28,009 nt of DNA from the NCBI GenBank assembly GCA_045645125.1, contig JAZRID010000266.1:1-28009 (forward strand), in the 5' to 3' direction. Each line of letters opens with the position of its first letter. Position 1 is the stretch's first letter. Shown piece after piece: positions 26,510-28,009 of this stretch. Position numbers and translations under genes: made by a program. The notes under the pieces were generated by a model that saw only the letters and a program-made list of their open reading frames with translations, made no database searches and had not been told where the DNA came from. The stretch comes from Oscillospiraceae bacterium (GTDB lineage: Bacteria > Bacillota > Clostridia > Oscillospirales > Oscillospiraceae).

Positions 26510-26901
26510 TTCGTCAGCACCAACTCATAGTGTTCGCCATCTGCGATAGGCTGTTGGTCAGCACCCACCAGCAGGGACTCGCCATCCTGACTGACGCTCC
26601 AGAAAGTCTGGTCAGCATCAGATGCCTGCTCGCCGTCCACCTCTTTAATGTACAGACCGTAAGGGCCATCCTCACCGACCACGCCCAACGCCTCATGTTC
26701 CAAGAGAGCTTGTCCCAGATACTCCGCATCGGTACGGACAGTATACTCTTTTGCATCGCCGTTGCCGTGGACAATTTCGATAATCAGTGTCTTATTGCCC
26801 TCTGTGGTTGCACCTCGTGTGGCAAAATACGCCCCCACAAACACCACTGCAACACACACCAGTGCCACCAATCCAATCATCGCGCCCTTGTTCTTTTTCA
26901 T
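26503..26901 (-). CDS. DUF4430-like membrane-anchored protein (putative cobalamin binding)
   Basis: ATG 26901 with SD AAGGAG; signal/TM helix; YG.YIKEVDG...W...GAD..PI.DG beta-grasp pattern. Confidence 0.8.
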   Translation of the reverse strand: MKKNKGAMIGLVALVCVAVVFVGAYFATRGATTEGNKTLIIEIVHGNGDAKEYTVRTDAEYLGQALLEHEALGVVGEDGPYGLYIKEVDGEQASDADQTFWSVSQDGESLLVGADQQPIADGEHYELVLTKW

Positions 26902-26949
26902 TGTTTTGTTCTCCTTCTCTTTTTTGATGTGGTTTCGGCACACCAATTG

Positions 26950-26985
26950 AAACAAAAATGCCCGATGCCAAATCGCACCGAGCAT
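26950..26985 (-). terminator. Riboswitch expression-platform terminator
   Basis: ATGCTCGGTGC/GCATCGGGCAT stem followed by TTTTGTTT, about 50 nt before the ATG. Confidence 0.75.
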
Positions 26986-27048
26986 CCACCACCTGCTAAC
27001 AGGTGGCTTCTATCACATAGCATGGTCCGGTTTCGGCAGAACATTTTT

Positions 27049-27156
27049 ACAGACCGCCCATGTATCTGACTTATCCTCTCGACGGAGGCATCACAGTGAC
27101 CGACTCGCAGGGACTTTCACCCTATTCCATGTGTCGCGCAAACGACCGCAATCTGT
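27049..27156 (-). ncRNA. Cobalamin riboswitch (compact form)
   Basis: GGAA-TAG-GGTGAAAGTCC...CACTGTGA and AAGTCAGATAC (B12 box), closed by the helix ACAGATTGC/GCGGTCTGT. Confidence 0.85.
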
Positions 27157-27203
27157 TCTATTCAATTGAGATACCCCTGACGAACTTCTCATTCACCAGG
27201 GGT

Positions 27204-27232
27204 ATGGTAGCACAGTGTTCAGGAAAAGTCAA
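27204..27232 (-). promoter_or_regulatory. sigmaA promoter of the B12 operon
   Basis: TTGACT-17 nt-TACCAT with an extended TG. Confidence 0.7.
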
Positions 27233-27251
27233 GGCAAAAAACAGGCAGTTT

Positions 27252-27506
27252 TTACTTCTGTGCCTGCATAGCCTCCTCCAGTGCGATGGAGAGCTGGTCG
27301 GGGCAGCTGGTGGGCTTACTGCCACAGCAGATACCGCGCAGACGCTTCACAGCCTCCTCCACGCTCATGCCCTCGACGAGCTTAGAAATACCCTGCAAAT
27401 TGCCGTGGCAACCGCCGAGGAACACGACGGACTTAATGATATTGCCCTCCAGCTCGACATCAATGCTTCTGGAACAAGTACCCTTGGTCATATACGTATA
27501 TGTCAT
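27252..27506 (-). CDS. TIGR03905-like TSCPD-domain protein
   Basis: GGCHGNLQGISKLVEG and CGSKPTSCPDQL motifs. SD AAGGAG. Confidence 0.9.
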   Translation of the reverse strand: MTYTYMTKGTCSRSIDVELEGNIIKSVVFLGGCHGNLQGISKLVEGMSVEEAVKRLRGICCGSKPTSCPDQLSIALEEAMQAQK

Positions 27507-27565
27507 TTTACTATCTCCTTATCTTTCCAATAAATTCCTGTCGCCAATATCTGCAACAGCGTTGT

Positions 27566-27594
27566 ATTATAACAGGAACGCACGCAAAATGCAA
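27566..27594 (-). promoter_or_regulatory. sigmaA promoter of the TSCPD gene
   Basis: TTGCAT-17 nt-TATAAT with an extended TG. Confidence 0.8.
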
Positions 27595-27654
27595 CCCCCT
27601 GTAAAGTAAGCACACACATCTGCACAAAAAATTGCAAAAAGTTGAAAAAATGCC

Positions 27655-27683
27655 TTGAAAAGCAGGAATACTTGTAATATACT
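27655..27683 (+). promoter_or_regulatory. sigmaA promoter of typA
   Basis: TTGAAA-17 nt-TATACT. Confidence 0.7.
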
Positions 27684-27725
27684 GTCTAGTTGTTTTTTGT
27701 TATTTAGATAGGAGAGGTATGTACT

Positions 27726-28009
27726 ATGCAGAATAATAAACTTAGAAATATCGCTATCATCGCCCATGTTGACCACGGCAAGACCACCTTGGTGGATGAA
27801 ATGTTGAAGCAGGGCGGTGCCTACCGCGAAAATCAGGAGGTTGTGGACCGCGTGATGGACAGTGGCGACTTGGAGCGCGAGCGTGGCATTACCATCCTTG
27901 CGAAAAACCCCGCCATTCAGTACGGCGACACCAAGATTAACATTGTCGACACCCCTGGCCACGCCGACTTCGGTGGCGAGGTCGAGCGTATTCTCAAGAT
28001 GGTCAACGG
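27726..28009 (+). CDS. typA: Translational GTPase TypA/BipA, 3'-truncated by the window edge (absent from the ORF track)
   Basis: My translation: [29 protein letters not shown]...[15 protein letters not shown]...[33 protein letters not shown]. Confidence 0.95.
   Translation, partial: MQNNKLRNIAIIAHVDHGKTTLVDEMLKQGGAYRENQEVVDRVMDSGDLERERGITILAKNPAIQYGDTKINIVDTPGHADFGGEVERILKMVN

Noticed and set aside
27567-27962. 131-aa minus-strand ORF
   Set aside because: Antisense to typA and crosses two promoters.
1-28009. CRISPR arrays, tRNA or rRNA genes, DGR or retron components
   Set aside because: No regularly spaced repeats, cloverleaf, rRNA-like segment or reverse transcriptase motif was seen.

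Overview
Chromosomal window from a Bacillota (Clostridia-like, probably Oscillospirales; taxonomy inferred from gene style only). From left to right it holds: the 3' end of an IS200/IS605 element (tnpB plus right end/omegaRNA); a membrane-anchored hypothetical gene; ddl; a compact ~15.6 kb minus-strand podovirus-type virion and lysis operon (3071-18645); the arcA-arcB-arcD arginine deiminase operon; trxB; a cobalamin-riboswitch operon (DUF4430-like protein, CbrT-like ECF S component, M20 amidohydrolase, HEXXH peptidase); a TSCPD-domain gene; and the 5' end of typA. The main candidate is the virion operon. It has its own sigmaA-like promoter, a RinA/ArpU-like activator, TerS, TerL, scaffold, major capsid, portal, adaptor, nozzle, fibres/spike, holins and endolysin. 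All reading frames look intact and tightly coupled, yet I see no integrase, repressor, replication genes or att repeats, and it sits between housekeeping genes. This fits a domesticated, gene-transfer-agent-like element. That is inference: a cleanly truncated cryptic prophage cannot be excluded from sequence alone. All family assignments come from motif recognition by eye, not database searches. Several start codons were moved from the ORF track on the basis of Shine-Dalgarno sites.
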